A stretch of DNA of 64,000 nt, from assembly GCA_964016885.1 (NCBI GenBank), contig OZ024766.1, forward strand, positions 17,856,001 to 17,920,000, written 5' to 3'. A program made the position numbers and the translations under genes. This document shows, one piece after another, positions 1-12,660 of the stretch (position 1 is the stretch's first letter; each line of letters begins with the position of its first letter). Under the pieces are notes generated by a model. That model worked only from the letters and a program-made list of their open reading frames with translations, was not told where the DNA came from and did no database searches. The DNA is from Eledone cirrhosa. Taxonomy: Eukaryota.

Positions 1-90
1 CCATGACTGGGTTGTCTGTTGTGTTGAGCAAAACATTGTCATTTCACATTGCTGCAATATACCCAGCTGAAAATGAGGGGTCAGTTGCTG
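1..90 (+). mobile_element. Diverged fragment of CORE-like SINE body (family A)
   Basis: tgtgttgagcaaaacattgtcatttcacattgctgca...cagctgaaaatgag resembles the SINE A core seen at 45698-45765. Confidence 0.6.
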
Positions 91-456
91 AAAAAACCGG
101 TTTGTCTGTGTGTTTACATACAGAATAGCTGGCCACTCACAGTAAAGTGACCAGTGAAAAAAAAACTTGGTACATCTACATATGTATACGTGTGTGTATT
201 CATATACATACTAGTATTTCAGTATACATATATGGATGTACATCTTTAACTTAATTGTTTAAGCGTCAGTCATACAAAAGTGAGTTACAAACGAAACGAA
301 ATTTAATTTCGTTTCGTTATTTGTTTTTATCGTCTCCGTTGAACCGGTACTTACTCACACTCTATGCAAATTAGTCTGCCCACTACTAATTTTCATAGAA
401 AAAGCATATAACGATATGTGCTTTTACGATTCTCTAGAGAGGCCGGAAGATAGGTA

Positions 457-501
457 AATATTGCTGATGAGTTGTAACAACAACGAAACTAGTTCAATAT
501 T
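457..501 (+). ncRNA. Type I minimal hammerhead ribozyme, copy 1
   Basis: Helix I AATATTG(457-463)/CAATATT(495-501); core CTGATGA(464-470); helix II GTTGT-aaca-ACAAC; GAAA(485-488); palindromic helix III ACTAGT; cleavage triplet GUU (after 494). Confidence 0.85.
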
Positions 502-926
502 CCTTGTCTGGCTTTCTGGAGAATAGAGGAAAGGTGTTTCCTCAAAAACCAGTATGACTCTAAAAACCGGTTTGTCTGTGTGTTTACATACAGAATAGCT
601 GGCCACTCACAGTAAAGTGACCAGTGAAAAAAAAACTTGGTACATCTACATATGTATACGTGTGTGTATTCATATACATACTAGTATTTCAGTATACATA
701 TATGGATGTACATCTTTAACTTAATTGTTTAAGCGTCAGTCATACAAAAGTGAGTTACAAACGAAACGAAATTTAATTTCGTTTCGTTATTTGTTTTTAT
801 CGTCTCCGTTGAACCGGTACTTACTCACACTCTATGCAAATTAGTCTGCCCACTACTAATTTTCATAGAAAAAGCATATAACGATATGTGCTTTTACGAT
901 TCTCTAGAGAGGCCGGAAGATAGGTA

Positions 927-971
927 AATATTGCTGATGAGTTGTAACAACAACGAAACTAGTTCAATATT
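927..971 (+). ncRNA. Type I minimal hammerhead ribozyme, copy 2
   Basis: Identical to 457-501, +470 bp. Confidence 0.85.
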
Positions 972-1396
972 CCTTGTCTGGCTTTCTGGAGAATAGAGGA
1001 AAGGTGTTTCCTCAAAAACCAGTATGACTCTAAAAACCGGTTTGTCTGTGTGTTTACATACAGAATAGCTGGCCACTCACAGTAAAGTGACCAGTGAAAA
1101 AAAAACTTGGTACATCTACATATGTATACGTGTGTGTATTCATATACATACTAGTATTTCAGTATACATATATGGATGTACATCTTTAACTTAATTGTTT
1201 AAGCGTCAGTCATACAAAAGTGAGTTACAAACGAAACGAAATTTAATTTCGTTTTGTTATTTGTTTTTATCGTCTCCGTTGAACCGGTACTTACTCACAC
1301 TCTATGCAAATTAGTCTGCCCACTACTAATTTTCATAGAAAAAGCATATAACGATATGTGCTTTTACGATTCTCTAGAGAGGCCGGAAGATAGGTA

Positions 1397-1441
1397 AATA
1401 TTGCTGATGAGTTGTAACAACAACGAAACTAGTTCAATATT
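1397..1441 (+). ncRNA. Type I minimal hammerhead ribozyme, copy 3
   Basis: Identical to 457-501, +940 bp. Confidence 0.85.
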
Positions 1442-1866
1442 CCTTGTCTGGCTTTCTGGAGAATAGAGGAAAGGTGTTTCCTCAAAAACCAGTATGACTC
1501 TAAAAACCGGTTTGTCTGTGTGTTTACATACAGAATAGCTGGCCACTCACAGTAAAGTGACCAGTGAAAAAAAAACTTGGTACATCTACATATGTATACG
1601 TGTGTGTATTCATATACATACTAGTATTTCAGTATACATATATGGATGTACATCTTTAACTTAATTGTTTAAGCGTCAGTCATACAAAAGTGAGTTACAA
1701 ACGAAACGAAATTTAATTTCGTTTCGTTATTTGTTTTTATCGTCTCCGTTGAACCGGTACTTACTCACACTCTATGCAAATTAGTCTGCCCACTACTAAT
1801 TTTCATAGAAAAAGCATATAACGATATGTGCTTTTACGATTCTCTAGAGAGGCCGGAAGATAGGTA

Positions 1867-1911
1867 AATATTGCTGATGAGTTGTAACAACAACGAAACT
1901 AGTTCAATATT
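1867..1911 (+). ncRNA. Type I minimal hammerhead ribozyme, copy 4
   Basis: Identical to 457-501, +1410 bp. Confidence 0.85.
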
Positions 1912-2241
1912 CCTTGTCTGGCTTTCTGGAGAATAGAGGAAAGGTGTTTCCTCAAAAACCAGTATGACTCTAAAAACCGGTTTGTCTGTGTGTTTACATA
2001 CAGAATAGCTGGCCACTCACAGTAAAGTGACCAGTGAAAAAAAGGAAAAAAAAACTTGGTACATCTACATATGTATACGTGTGTGTATTCATATACATAC
2101 TAGTATTTCAGTATACATATATGGATGTACATCTTTAACTTAATTGTTTAAGCGTCAGTCATACAAAAGTGAGTTACAAACGAAACGAAATTTAATTTCG
2201 TTTCGTTATTTGTTTTTAATATATATATTATTATATATATA

Positions 2242-2430
2242 TGCAGTGGATTGGTAGTATCGGTAGAGGGTTGGACACCATGCTTTCTAGCATAGAGTTA
2301 CGTCCCTTTACGGACTGAGTTCAAATCCCTCCAAGGTTAACTTTGCCTTTCATCCTTATGGGGTCGATAAAATAACGTACCGGTAATGCACTGGATATTT
2401 GCTGGCCTTGTGCCTAAAGTAGAAACAATT
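2242..2430 (+). mobile_element. tRNA-derived SINE, family B
   Basis: B-box-like gagttcaaatcc followed by actttgcctttcatcctt..ggggtcgataaaata; other copies at 17482-17585 and 60956-61148; flanked by (TA)n. Confidence 0.75.
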
Positions 2431-2643
2431 ATATATATATATATATATATTTTATTTATACATATATATATTATTTATATTATAGATATATTATATATGC
2501 ATATATATATATTTTATACCAGCAGTTGCACAGGATAAGATATTTTGGAACACGGGCCGCCAACAGACCTAATCGTGGAAAAACTGCATGCCTGGGCAAT
2601 ATGTAAAGAAAATAAACCGAATACTCTGATGGCTGGATAATTT

Positions 2644-3080
2644 GGGTGCTTTTTTGCCGTGGCACCTCCACGACCACTTTACAGTGAGTGCTGGGTGCTT
2701 TTTTGCCGTGGCACCTCCACGACCACTTTACAGTGAGTGCTGGGTGCTTTTTTGCCGTGGCACCTCCACGACCATTTTACAGTGAGTGCTGGGTGCTTTT
2801 TTGCCGTGGCACTTTCACGACCACTTTACAGTGAGTGCTGGGTGCTTTTTTGCCGTGGCACTTTCACGACCACTTTACAGTGAGTACTGGGTGCTTCTTT
2901 GCTGTGGCACCTCCACGTCCACTTTACAGTCCCTATCATCTCATTTCTACAGCTGAGTAAACTGGAGCAATGTGAAATAAAGTGTCTTGCTCAAGGAAAC
3001 AACACATCACCCGGTCTGAGAATTGAACTCACAACCTTTCGATTGCAAGGCCAATGCTCTAACCACTAAGCCATGTGTCT
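2644..3080 (-). mobile_element. SINE family A with ~6 internal 49-bp units, tail missing
   Basis: 49-bp units 2644-2930, then core and reverse-complement tRNA head ending ccactaagccatgtg. Confidence 0.85.
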
Positions 3081-3449
3081 CGATGTGCCATGTGAATAGC
3101 TTATAATTTTTACAAACCCAAACTTTTAAATGTTTAATAGCACTTTTTTTTTATTTATACCTAAGCAACACAAAAAGGTGATTACTAGCCAGGAACAAAG
3201 AAAAATATTTTTGTTACAAGGTCTTATAAAAGAGCGTTCAACTCAGTTTAACTTTTGAAATGCTAGAAAGTATAAAAAAAGAAAAGGTGACAAGGGCAGA
3301 TAATTTACCATTCGGTATCATTGAATTGTCTCCCTTGTACCACAAATCTAGTACAGTAACGAGATATTCATATGAAGTGATACGTGTCATGTTTAGATTA
3401 CAGACAAGTAAGCAAGCAATCCCAGACTGTTAGTAGTATATAGATAGAT

Positions 3450-6169
3450 TAGACGTAGTGTATCTAGGACTACATTATCTAATGTACAGTACAGTAGTTA
3501 GTATTAGTGGCTATCAGACATAGTATATCTAGGACTACATTATCTAATGTACAGTACAGTAGTTAGTATTAGTGGCTATCAGACATAGTGTATCTAGGAC
3601 TACATTATCTAATGTACAGTACAGTAGTTAGTATTAGTGGCTATCAGACATAGTGTACCTAGGACTACATTATCTAATGTACAGTACAGTAGTTAGTATT
3701 AGTGGCTATCAGACATAGTATATCTAGGACTACATTATCTAATGTACAGTACAGTAGTTAGTATTAGTGGCTATCAGACATAGTATATCTAGGACTACAT
3801 TATACAATCTACAGTACAGTAGTTAGTATTAGTGGCTATCAGACATAGTGTATCTAGGACTACATTATCTAATGTACAGTACAGTAGTTAGTATTAGTGG
3901 CTATCAGACATAGTGTATCTAGGACTACATTATCTAATGTACAGTACAGTAGTTAGTATTAGTGGCTATCAGACATAGTGTATCTAGGACTACATTATCT
4001 AATGTACAGTACAGTAGTTAGTATTAGTGGCTATCAGACATAGTATACCTAGGACTACATTATCTAATGTACAGTACAGTAGTTAGTATTAGTGACTATC
4101 AGACATAGTGTACCTAGGACTACATTATCTAATGTACAGTACAGTAGTTAGTATTAGTGGCTATCAGACATAGTGTATCTAGGACTCCATTATCTAATGT
4201 ACAGTACAGTAGTTAGTATTAGTGGCTATCTGACATAGTGTATCTAGGACTACATTATATAATGTACAGTACAGTAGTTAGTATTAGTGGCTATCAGACA
4301 TAGTGTATCTAGGACTACATTATCTAATGTACAGTACAGTAGTTAGTATTAGTGGCTATCAGACATAGTGTATCTAGGACTACATTATCTAATGTACAGT
4401 ACAGTAGTTAGTATTAGTAGCTATCAGACATAGTGTATCTAGGACTACATTATCTAATGTACAGTACAGTAGTTAGTATTAGTGGCTATCAGACATAGTG
4501 TATCTAGGACTACACTATCTAATGTACAGTACAGTAGTTAGTATTAGTGGCTATCAGACATAGTATATCTAGGACTACATTATATAATGTACAGTACAGT
4601 AGTTAGTATTAGTGGCTATCAGACATAGTGTACCTAGGACTACATTATATAATGTACAGTACAGTAGTTAGTATTAGTAGCTATCAGATATAGTGTATCT
4701 AGGACTACACTATCTAATGTACAGTACAGTAGTTAGTATTAGTGGCTATCAGACATAGTGTATCTAGGACTACACTATCTAATGTACAGTAGTTAGTATT
4801 AGTGGCTATCAGACATAGTGTATCTAGGACTACATTATCTAATGTACAGTACAGTAGTTAGTATTAGTGGCTATCAGACATAGTGTATCTAGGACTACAT
4901 TATCTAATGTACAGTACAGTAGTTAGTATTAGTGGCTATCAGACATAGTATATCTAGGACTACATTATCTAATGTACAGTACAGTAGTTAGTATTAGTGG
5001 CTATCAGACATAGTGTATCTAGGACTACATTATCTAATGTACAGTACAGTAGTTAGTATTAGTGGCTATCAGACATAGTGTATCTAGGACTACATTATCT
5101 AATGTACAGTACAGTAGTTAGTATTAGTGGCTAACAGACATAGTATATCTAGGACTACATTATCTAATGTACGGTACAGTAGTTAGTATTAGTGGCTATC
5201 AGACATAGTATATCTAGGACTACATTATCTAATGTACAGTACAGTAGTTAGTATTAGTGGCTATCAGACATAGTGTATCTAGGACTACATTATCTAATGT
5301 ACAGTACAGTAGTTAGTATTAGTGGCTATCAGACATAGTGTATCTAGGACTACATTATCTAATGTACAGTACAGTAGTTAGTATTAGTGGCTATCAGACA
5401 TAGTATATCTAGGACTACATTATCTAATGTACAGTACAGTAGTTAGTATTAGTGGCTATCAGACATAGTGTATCTAGGACTACATTATCTAATGTACAGT
5501 ACAGTAGTTAGTATTAGTGGCTATCTGACATAGTATATCTAGGACTACATTATCTAATGTACAGTACAGTAGTTAGTATTAGTGGCTATCAGACATAGTG
5601 TATCTAGGACTACATTATCTAATGTACAGTACAGTAGTTAGTATTAGTGGCTATCAGACATAGTGTACCTAGGACTACATTATCTAATGTACAGTACAGT
5701 AGTTAGTATTAGTGGCTATCAGACATAGTGTATCTAGGACTACATTATCTAATGTACAGTACAGTAGTTAGTATTAGTGGCTATCAGACATAGTGTATCT
5801 AGGACTACATTATCTAATGTACAGTACAGTAGTTAGTATTAGTGGCTATCAGACATAGTGTATCTAGGACTACATTATCTAATGTACAGTACAGTAGTTA
5901 GTGTTAGTGGCTATCAGACATAGTGTATCTAGGACTACATTATCTAATGTACAGTACAGTAGTTAGTATTAGTGGCTATCAGACATAGTATATCTAGGAC
6001 TACATTATCTAATGTACAGTACAGTAGTTAGTATTAGTGGCTATCTGACATAGTGTATCTAGGACTACATTATCTAATGTACAGTACAGTAGTTAGTATT
6101 AGTGGCTATCAGACATAGTATATCTAGGACTACATTATCTAATGTACAGTACAGTAGTTAGTATTAGTG
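3450..6169. repeat. 65-bp minisatellite, ~42 copies
   Basis: Unit agacatagtgtatctaggactacattatctaatgtacagtacagtagttagtattagtggctatc. Confidence 0.95.
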
Positions 6170-6297
6170 GGTAATTTATTATTATTACTATATATATATA
6201 TATATATATATAAATGTATATACACACACATATATATATACATACAAACAATCACACACACACAGAAATGTAAGTTTATGATATCAAAGCGCCATAC

Positions 6298-6307
6298 CCA
6301 TATATGG
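6298..6307. promoter_or_regulatory. CArG box (SRF-type site) CCATATATGG
   Basis: Exact CC(A/T)6GG in context ATACCCATATATGGAAGT in a unique island; ETS-like ACTTCCTG ~40 bp downstream. Confidence 0.4.
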
Positions 6308-6486
6308 AAGTGCCTCTACTACCATGGCTGCTGCTGCTGGTTACAACTTCCTGTTCCTGTCACAAATACGTTACCATAGGAACAACACAATAGTGGTTGT
6401 GATGGTGGTGATGGTGTTGGGGGTGAGTGGTGGTGGTTGTTGTTGTTGTTGTTGTTGTGGTGGTGGTGGTGGTGGTGGTGGTGGTG

Positions 6487-8190
6487 GTGTGGACTGGGTA
6501 CTTTTTGTTGTGACACCTACATGACCACTTTACAGAGTGGACTGGGTGCTATTTGTTGTGACACCTACATGACCACTTTACAGTGTGGACTGGGTACTTT
6601 TTGTTGTGACACCTACATGACCACTTTACAGTGTGGACTGGGTACTGTTTGTTGTGACACCTACATGACCACTGTACAGTGTGGACTGGGTACTTTTTGT
6701 TGTGACACCTACATGACCACTGTACAGTGTGGACTGGGTACTTTTTGTCGTGACACCTACATGACGACTTTACAGAGTGGACTGGGTACTTTTTGTTGTG
6801 ACACCGACATGACCACTTTACAGTGTGGACTGGGTACTTTTTGTTGTGACACCTACATGACCACTTTACAGTGTGGACTGGGTGCTTTTTGTTGTGATAC
6901 CTACATGACCACTTTACAGTGTGGACTGGGTACTTTTTGTCGTGACACCTACATGACCACTTTACAGAGTGGACTGGGTACTTTTTGTTGTGACACCTAC
7001 ATGACCACTTTACAGTGTGGACTGGGTACTTTTTGTCGTGACACCTACATGACCACTTTACAGAGTGGACTGGGTACCTTTTGTTGTGACACCTACATGA
7101 CCACTTTACAGTGTGGACTGGGTACTTTTTGTTGTGACACCTACATGACCACTGTACAGTGTGGACTGGGTACTTTTTGTCGTGACACCTACATGACCAC
7201 TTTACAGAGTGGACTGGGTACTTTTTGTTGTGACACCGACATGACCACTTTACAGTGTGGACTGGGTACTTTTTGTTGTGACACCTACATGACCACTTTA
7301 CAGTGTGGACTGGGTGCTTTTTGTTGTGATACCTACATGACCACTTTACAGTGTGGACTGGGTACTGTTTGTTGTGACACCTACATGACCACTGTACAGT
7401 GTGGACTGGGTACTTTTTGTTGTGACACCTACATGACCACTGTACAGTGTGGACTGGGTACTTTTTGTCGTGACACCTACATGACCACTTTACAGAGTGG
7501 ACTGGGTACTTTTTGTTGTGACACCGACATGACCACTTTACAGTGTGGACTGGGTACTTTTTGTTGTGACACCTACATGACCACTTTACAGTGTGGACTG
7601 GGTGCTTTTTGTTGTGATACCTACATGACCACTTTACAGTGTGGACTGGGTACTTTTTGTCGTGACACCTACATGACCACTTTACAGAGTGGACTGGGTA
7701 CTTTTTGTTGTGACACCTACATGACCACTTTACAGTGTGGACTGGGTACTTTTTGTCGTGACACCTACATGACCACTTTACAGAGTGGACTGGGTACCTT
7801 TTGTTGTGACACCTACATGACCACTTTACAGTGTGGACTGGGTACTTTTTGTTGTGACACCTACATGACCACTGTACAGTGTGGACTGGGTACTTTTTGT
7901 CGTGACACCTACATGACCACTTTACAGAGTGGACTGGGTACTTTTTGTTGTGACACCGACATGACCACTTTACAGTGTGGACTGGGTACTTTTTGTTGTG
8001 ACACCTACATGACCACTTTACAGTGTGGACTGGGTGCTTTTTGTTGTGATACCTACATGACCACTTTACAGTGTGGACTGGGTACTTTTTGTCGTGACAC
8101 CTACATGACCACTTTACAGAGTGGACTGGGTACTTTTTGTTGTGACACCTACATGACCACTTTACAGTGTGGACTGAGTACTTTTTGTTG
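6487..8190 (+). repeat. 48-bp minisatellite, ~35 copies, with 720-bp higher-order repeat
   Basis: Unit gtgtggactgggtactttttgttgtgacacctacatgaccactttaca; variant ggtactgttt recurs at 6641 and 7361. Confidence 0.95.
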
Positions 8191-8192
8191 TC

Positions 8193-8985
8193 CACATGTC
8201 CATACCACCTCAGTCTCCTCTCCCGTACACTACATTCTATCCCTCTCAGACACAGTTTCTCTCTCAACACATCACATGTCCATACCACCTCAGTCTCCTC
8301 TCCCGTACACTACAACTTATCCCTCTCAGACACAATTTCTCTTTCAACACATCACATGTCCATACCACCTCAGTCTCCTCTCCCGTACGCTACATTCTAT
8401 CTCTCTCAGACACAATTTCTCTCTCAACACATCACATGTCCATACCACCTCAGTCTCCTCTCCCGTACACTACAACTTATCCCTCTCAGACACAGTTTCT
8501 CTCTCAACACATCACATGTCCATACCACCACAGTCTCCTCTCCCGTACACTACAACTTATCCCTCTCAGACACAGTTTCTCTCTCAACACATCACATGTC
8601 CATACCACCTCAGTCTCCTCTCCCGTACACTACATTCTATCCCTCTCAGACACAGTTTCTCTCTCAACACATCACATGTCCAAACCACCTCAGTCTCCTC
8701 TCCCGTACACTACATTCTATCCCTCTCAGACACAGTTTCTCTCTCAACACATTACATGTCCATACCACCTCAGTCTCCTCTCCCGTACACTACATTCTAT
8801 CCCTCTCAGACACAGTTTCTCTCTCAACACATCCATGCTTAGTCGTTCACGCACATTTACACTGCACATCCAACAGAGCATGCTTGCCTCATTTCTCTCC
8901 AGCCGTCGCATATCTTCTGCAGTTGCTGCCCATGTCTCACTAAAATGCAGCATCACACACCTCACACAGGAATCATATAACCGGC
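8193..8985 (-). mobile_element. RTE-clade LINE ORF2 fragment with ~8 x 80-bp internal tandem (8193-8832)
   Basis: Minus-strand translation SETWAATAEDMRRLERNEASMLCWMC...RERRLRWYGHVM. Confidence 0.9.
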
Positions 8986-9094
8986 CTATAATCTTTTAAA
9001 TTGAGTCTGGCAAACCCTATTGTTCATAGTTAGTATTTTTTTCACCCTAGCGAATCTGGTCCCTTGTGATTTGAATATATGTATATATATATAA

Positions 9095-9610
9095 TAATGA
9101 ATTATTGTGTAAAGTGCTCAGGTGCACTACAACTCGTCAATATAGTACATAGAATAATACACAAATGCCAGGGAAGTACATGTTTGTATGTGTTAGCTGT
9201 AGTGTTGGCAGATCTCGGGAAGCATGGAGGCCTTAAAGGATGCAGTGTCTCGACAGCTAACAACTGATGCAGGTAGTTTGTTCCATGCTTCAGCAACTCT
9301 GAGCGTGAAAAAATGTTTCCGAAAGTCATGGGAACTGTGCTGTTTTCTTACTTTGTGGGCATGTCCACCTGTGTTAGACACATGGAAATCGAAAAGGCAC
9401 TCAGGGTTGTTGTTGGCAACATGGTTAACAATTTTGTGGGTGTGTACCAAGTCAGTTGCCAGGCGTCGGAGCTTCAATGAATCCATGCCCAGGGAAGCAA
9501 GGCGCTCAGAGTATGGTAGATGCCTGATGGAGGGTATTCGCTTGGTTGCACGTCTCTGAACAGTTTCCAGGCGGTCAATGTCCTGAGCAAGATAGGGGTT
9601 CCAGACTGAT
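9095..9610 (-). mobile_element. CR1-clade LINE 3' fragment with a single, unamplified 61-bp unit
   Basis: ORF 9193-9486 LKLRRLATDL...TGGHAHKV...FFTLRVAEAWNKLP, typical of a CR1 ORF2 C-terminus, plus 3' UTR. Confidence 0.9.
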
Positions 9611-9704
9611 CTGTGTTTATCTCTCTTTTATATTCAATTATATTACACGACCCGGAAAAATTTCTTTCCTAGAGCTATTTAATTGTAAGAGACTATGTTG
9701 ATAT

Positions 9705-10010
9705 TGCAAGCAGGTATTATAATAGCCTGGGATTCAAGGGCCCTCAACTCTTCAACAGGCTGCCGAGGGATCTGAGAGATTTGCATGGTGTGGAGGTGGA
9801 TGTCTTCAAGAAACATCTCGACACCTTGTTATCCAGGATCCCTGGATGAGCCCACAGCAAGGCACGAGGGAAACCGAAGGGCAGCAGCAACAAACTCCCT
9901 CTTACACCAGTGGCCAACCTATACAGGCTGGAGATAAAATGTGTAGCAACAAGGGCGGTGCCCCAGCATGGCCTCAGCCGGATGGCTGAAACAGGTAAAA
10001 CAGTAAAAGA
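9705..10010 (+). mobile_element. Second CR1-like LINE 3' end
   Basis: Plus-strand translation [41 protein letters not shown]...RAAATNSL, then short UTR into (TA)n. Confidence 0.75.
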
Positions 10011-10018
10011 GTATATAC

Positions 10019-10137
<119 letters not shown>

Positions 10138-10219
10138 TATACAAATACATATACATATATATATATACATATATATATACATATACATATATATATATAT
10201 ATATACATACATATACATA

Positions 10220-10303
<84 letters not shown>

Positions 10304-10475
10304 CAAATACATATATATATATATATACATAAATATATACACATTTATATATATATATATATATACATACATATACATATATGTATATATATACATAAAT
10401 ATATACATATATATATATATGTATATATATATAAATATATATATACATATATATACATATATATATATATATACA

Positions 10476-10990
10476 TATGGTGGCTGCCAACTCGTTTTTC
10501 GAGTATGGCCACTACTTTATATCCATGTAGGAGAACCCCTACCGATGCGCTGAACGAGTGTGACTTTTTAGTCCAGCCAGCGACTTGAAAACTCTGGTAC
10601 AAACACTACACTTGTGACAATTATTGACACATAGTGCTGGGCCCATGGTACCATGTGATGACAAGGACAGAGAGATCTCCAGATATAAAGCAATGCCTGT
10701 GCCGTGAAGCTTTTATAGTGAGCAAAGGCACTGCACAAAGCCAGTCCCACTCTCTTAACCAAGATGATATTTACCAAAAAGAAGAACAAGTCAACATCAT
10801 TGGATACCATCAGGGTTGCAGGTGTTATATCAGAGTTTTCCTTCTAGAATTCTGCCTTGACAAAGGCTAAGGGGTCATCTCTCCCGGTGATTTTAGATGG
10901 CCATTGACTCTTAAGAGCTCCTTTGCCCTTTGACAGGTTTTGTTTTTAGTCCTGCAGGATGTCCAAAGTCACCCTCCTCACCAAGAAACC
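10476..10990 (-). pseudogene. Possible decayed DNA-transposon ORF with XPG/FEN1-like motifs
   Basis: Minus-strand peptides VSNDVDLFFFLV and [18 protein letters not shown] loosely resemble the DTD and LSGCD..G.GK motifs; frameshifted. Confidence 0.25.
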
Positions 10991-11367
10991 TTGGTGGGGT
11001 TGCCAGTTTATATATACATATACATATACACACATAAATATATATATTCATATATATGTATATATATATATAGACATTGTATAGATATTTACCAAATATC
11101 TTCCACCCCCACTGTAATAAACACCACCACCACAACCCGCCCCCCTCTCTCCATCAAACATCAACACGTATTAAGTTACCTTCCATGCCTAAACTAGCTC
11201 ATGTCTTTCCTTGTGTGTGTAACCCAAGCTGGGCGCTTGACTGCTTCTGTTGGTGTTGTTGGTGCTGGTGACGGTGTTGGTGGTGTTGTTGGTGGTGGTG
11301 TTGTTGGTGGTGGTGTTGTTGGTGGTGGTGTTGTTGGTAATGGTGTTGTTGATGGTGATGGTGTTGG

Positions 11368-12006
11368 TGGCACCTCCACGATCACTTTACAGTGAGTGCT
11401 GGGTGCTTTTTTGCTGTGGCACCTCCACGACCACTTTACAGTGAGTGATGGGTGCTTTATTGCTGTGGCACCTCCACGATCACTTTACAGTGAGTGCTGG
11501 GTGCTTTATTGCTGTGGCACCTCCACGACCACTTTACAGTGAGTGATGGGTGCTTTATTGCTGTGGCACCTCCACGACCACTTTACAGTGAGTGCTGGGT
11601 GCTTTTTTGCCATGGCACCTCCACGACCACTTTACAGTGAGTGCTGGGTGCTTTTTTGCCGTGGCACCTCCACGACCACTTTACAGTGAGTGCTGGGTGC
11701 TTTTTTGCTGTGGCACCTCTACGACCACTTTACAGTGAGTGCTGGGTGCTTTTTTGCTGTGGCACCTCCACGACCACTTTACAGTGTGGGCTGGGTGCTT
11801 TTTTGCCGTGGCACCTCCACGACCACTTTACAGTGGAATGATAGGGACCCCAGTCCCTATCATCTCATTTCTACAGCTGAGTAAACTGGAGCAATGTGAA
11901 ATGAAGTGTCTTGCTCAAGGAAACAACACATCACTCGGTCTGGGAATTGAACTCACAACCTTTCGATTACAAGGCCAATGCTCTAACCACTAAGCCATGT
12001 GCCTCC
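11368..12006 (-). mobile_element. SINE family A with ~9 x 49-bp units
   Basis: 49-bp array, hairpin atgatagggaccccagtccctatcat, core and tRNA head ending gcctcc. Confidence 0.9.
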
Positions 12007-12062
<56 letters not shown>

Positions 12063-12301
12063 TTATATGTTGTCATGGTAATGGATCCAGCCAGCTGACT
12101 GTTGAGTGAGTGTCTTCTACTGACATACCTCCATTACACCTACACTCGACACCAATTACACTCCACTCCACCTACACTCCACTCCACCGACACTCGACAA
12201 CAACTACCTCACCAAACAATGAAGTTATTGAGGAGCCTCTTAAAATTATCTTTATATAAATATATATATGTAAATGTATATATGTATATATATATATATA
12301 C

Positions 12302-12334
<33 letters not shown>

Positions 12335-12407
12335 CATACACATATATGAATATATATATATATGTGTGTGTGTGTATTTACAAATATAGATAAGTTATCT
12401 ATTTATC

Positions 12408-12488
<81 letters not shown>

Positions 12489-12614
12489 TTATATGTATAG
12501 ATATATATATATAGAGAGAGAGAGAGAATTATATATTAATGTATAAGTATATATATATATATATATATGAGTCTGTTATATATGCAGGTGGGTAGAACAA
12601 TAGTGTTTTGTGTG

Positions 12615-12660
<46 letters not shown>

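Larger units (their letters stand above)
92..2218 (+). repeat. 470-bp tandem array (~4.5 near-identical copies), each full unit carrying a hammerhead ribozyme; candidate non-LTR retrozyme
   Basis: Units start at 92, 562, 1032, 1502 and 1972 (aaaaaccggtttgtctg); the same 60-aa ORF recurs every 470 bp; one substitution seen at ~1255; array ends in (TA)n. Confidence 0.95.

Noticed and set aside
464-470. TGATGA as a snoRNA box C, and octamer ATGCAAAT at ~364 suggesting an snRNA gene
   Set aside because: No matching box D with terminal stem and no snRNA sequence recognised; the full hammerhead fold explains the motif better
424-606. 60-aa ORF repeated four times
   Set aside because: Antisense to the hammerhead, non-ATG start, no recognisable motif; recurrence is explained by the 470-bp repeat
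3120-3448. Possible non-autonomous Helitron-like remnants here and at 16330-16610
   Set aside because: Only a vague resemblance ((AGAC)n near a tagtatatagat-like end); termini cannot be defined from the window
6437-8842. 801-aa Cys-rich ORF and the other long ORFs (6549, 12700, 27516, 29823, 32187, 47699, 54357)
   Set aside because: They lie wholly in tandem repeats or microsatellites whose units lack stops in some frame; several are antisense to LINE ORF2; no gene context
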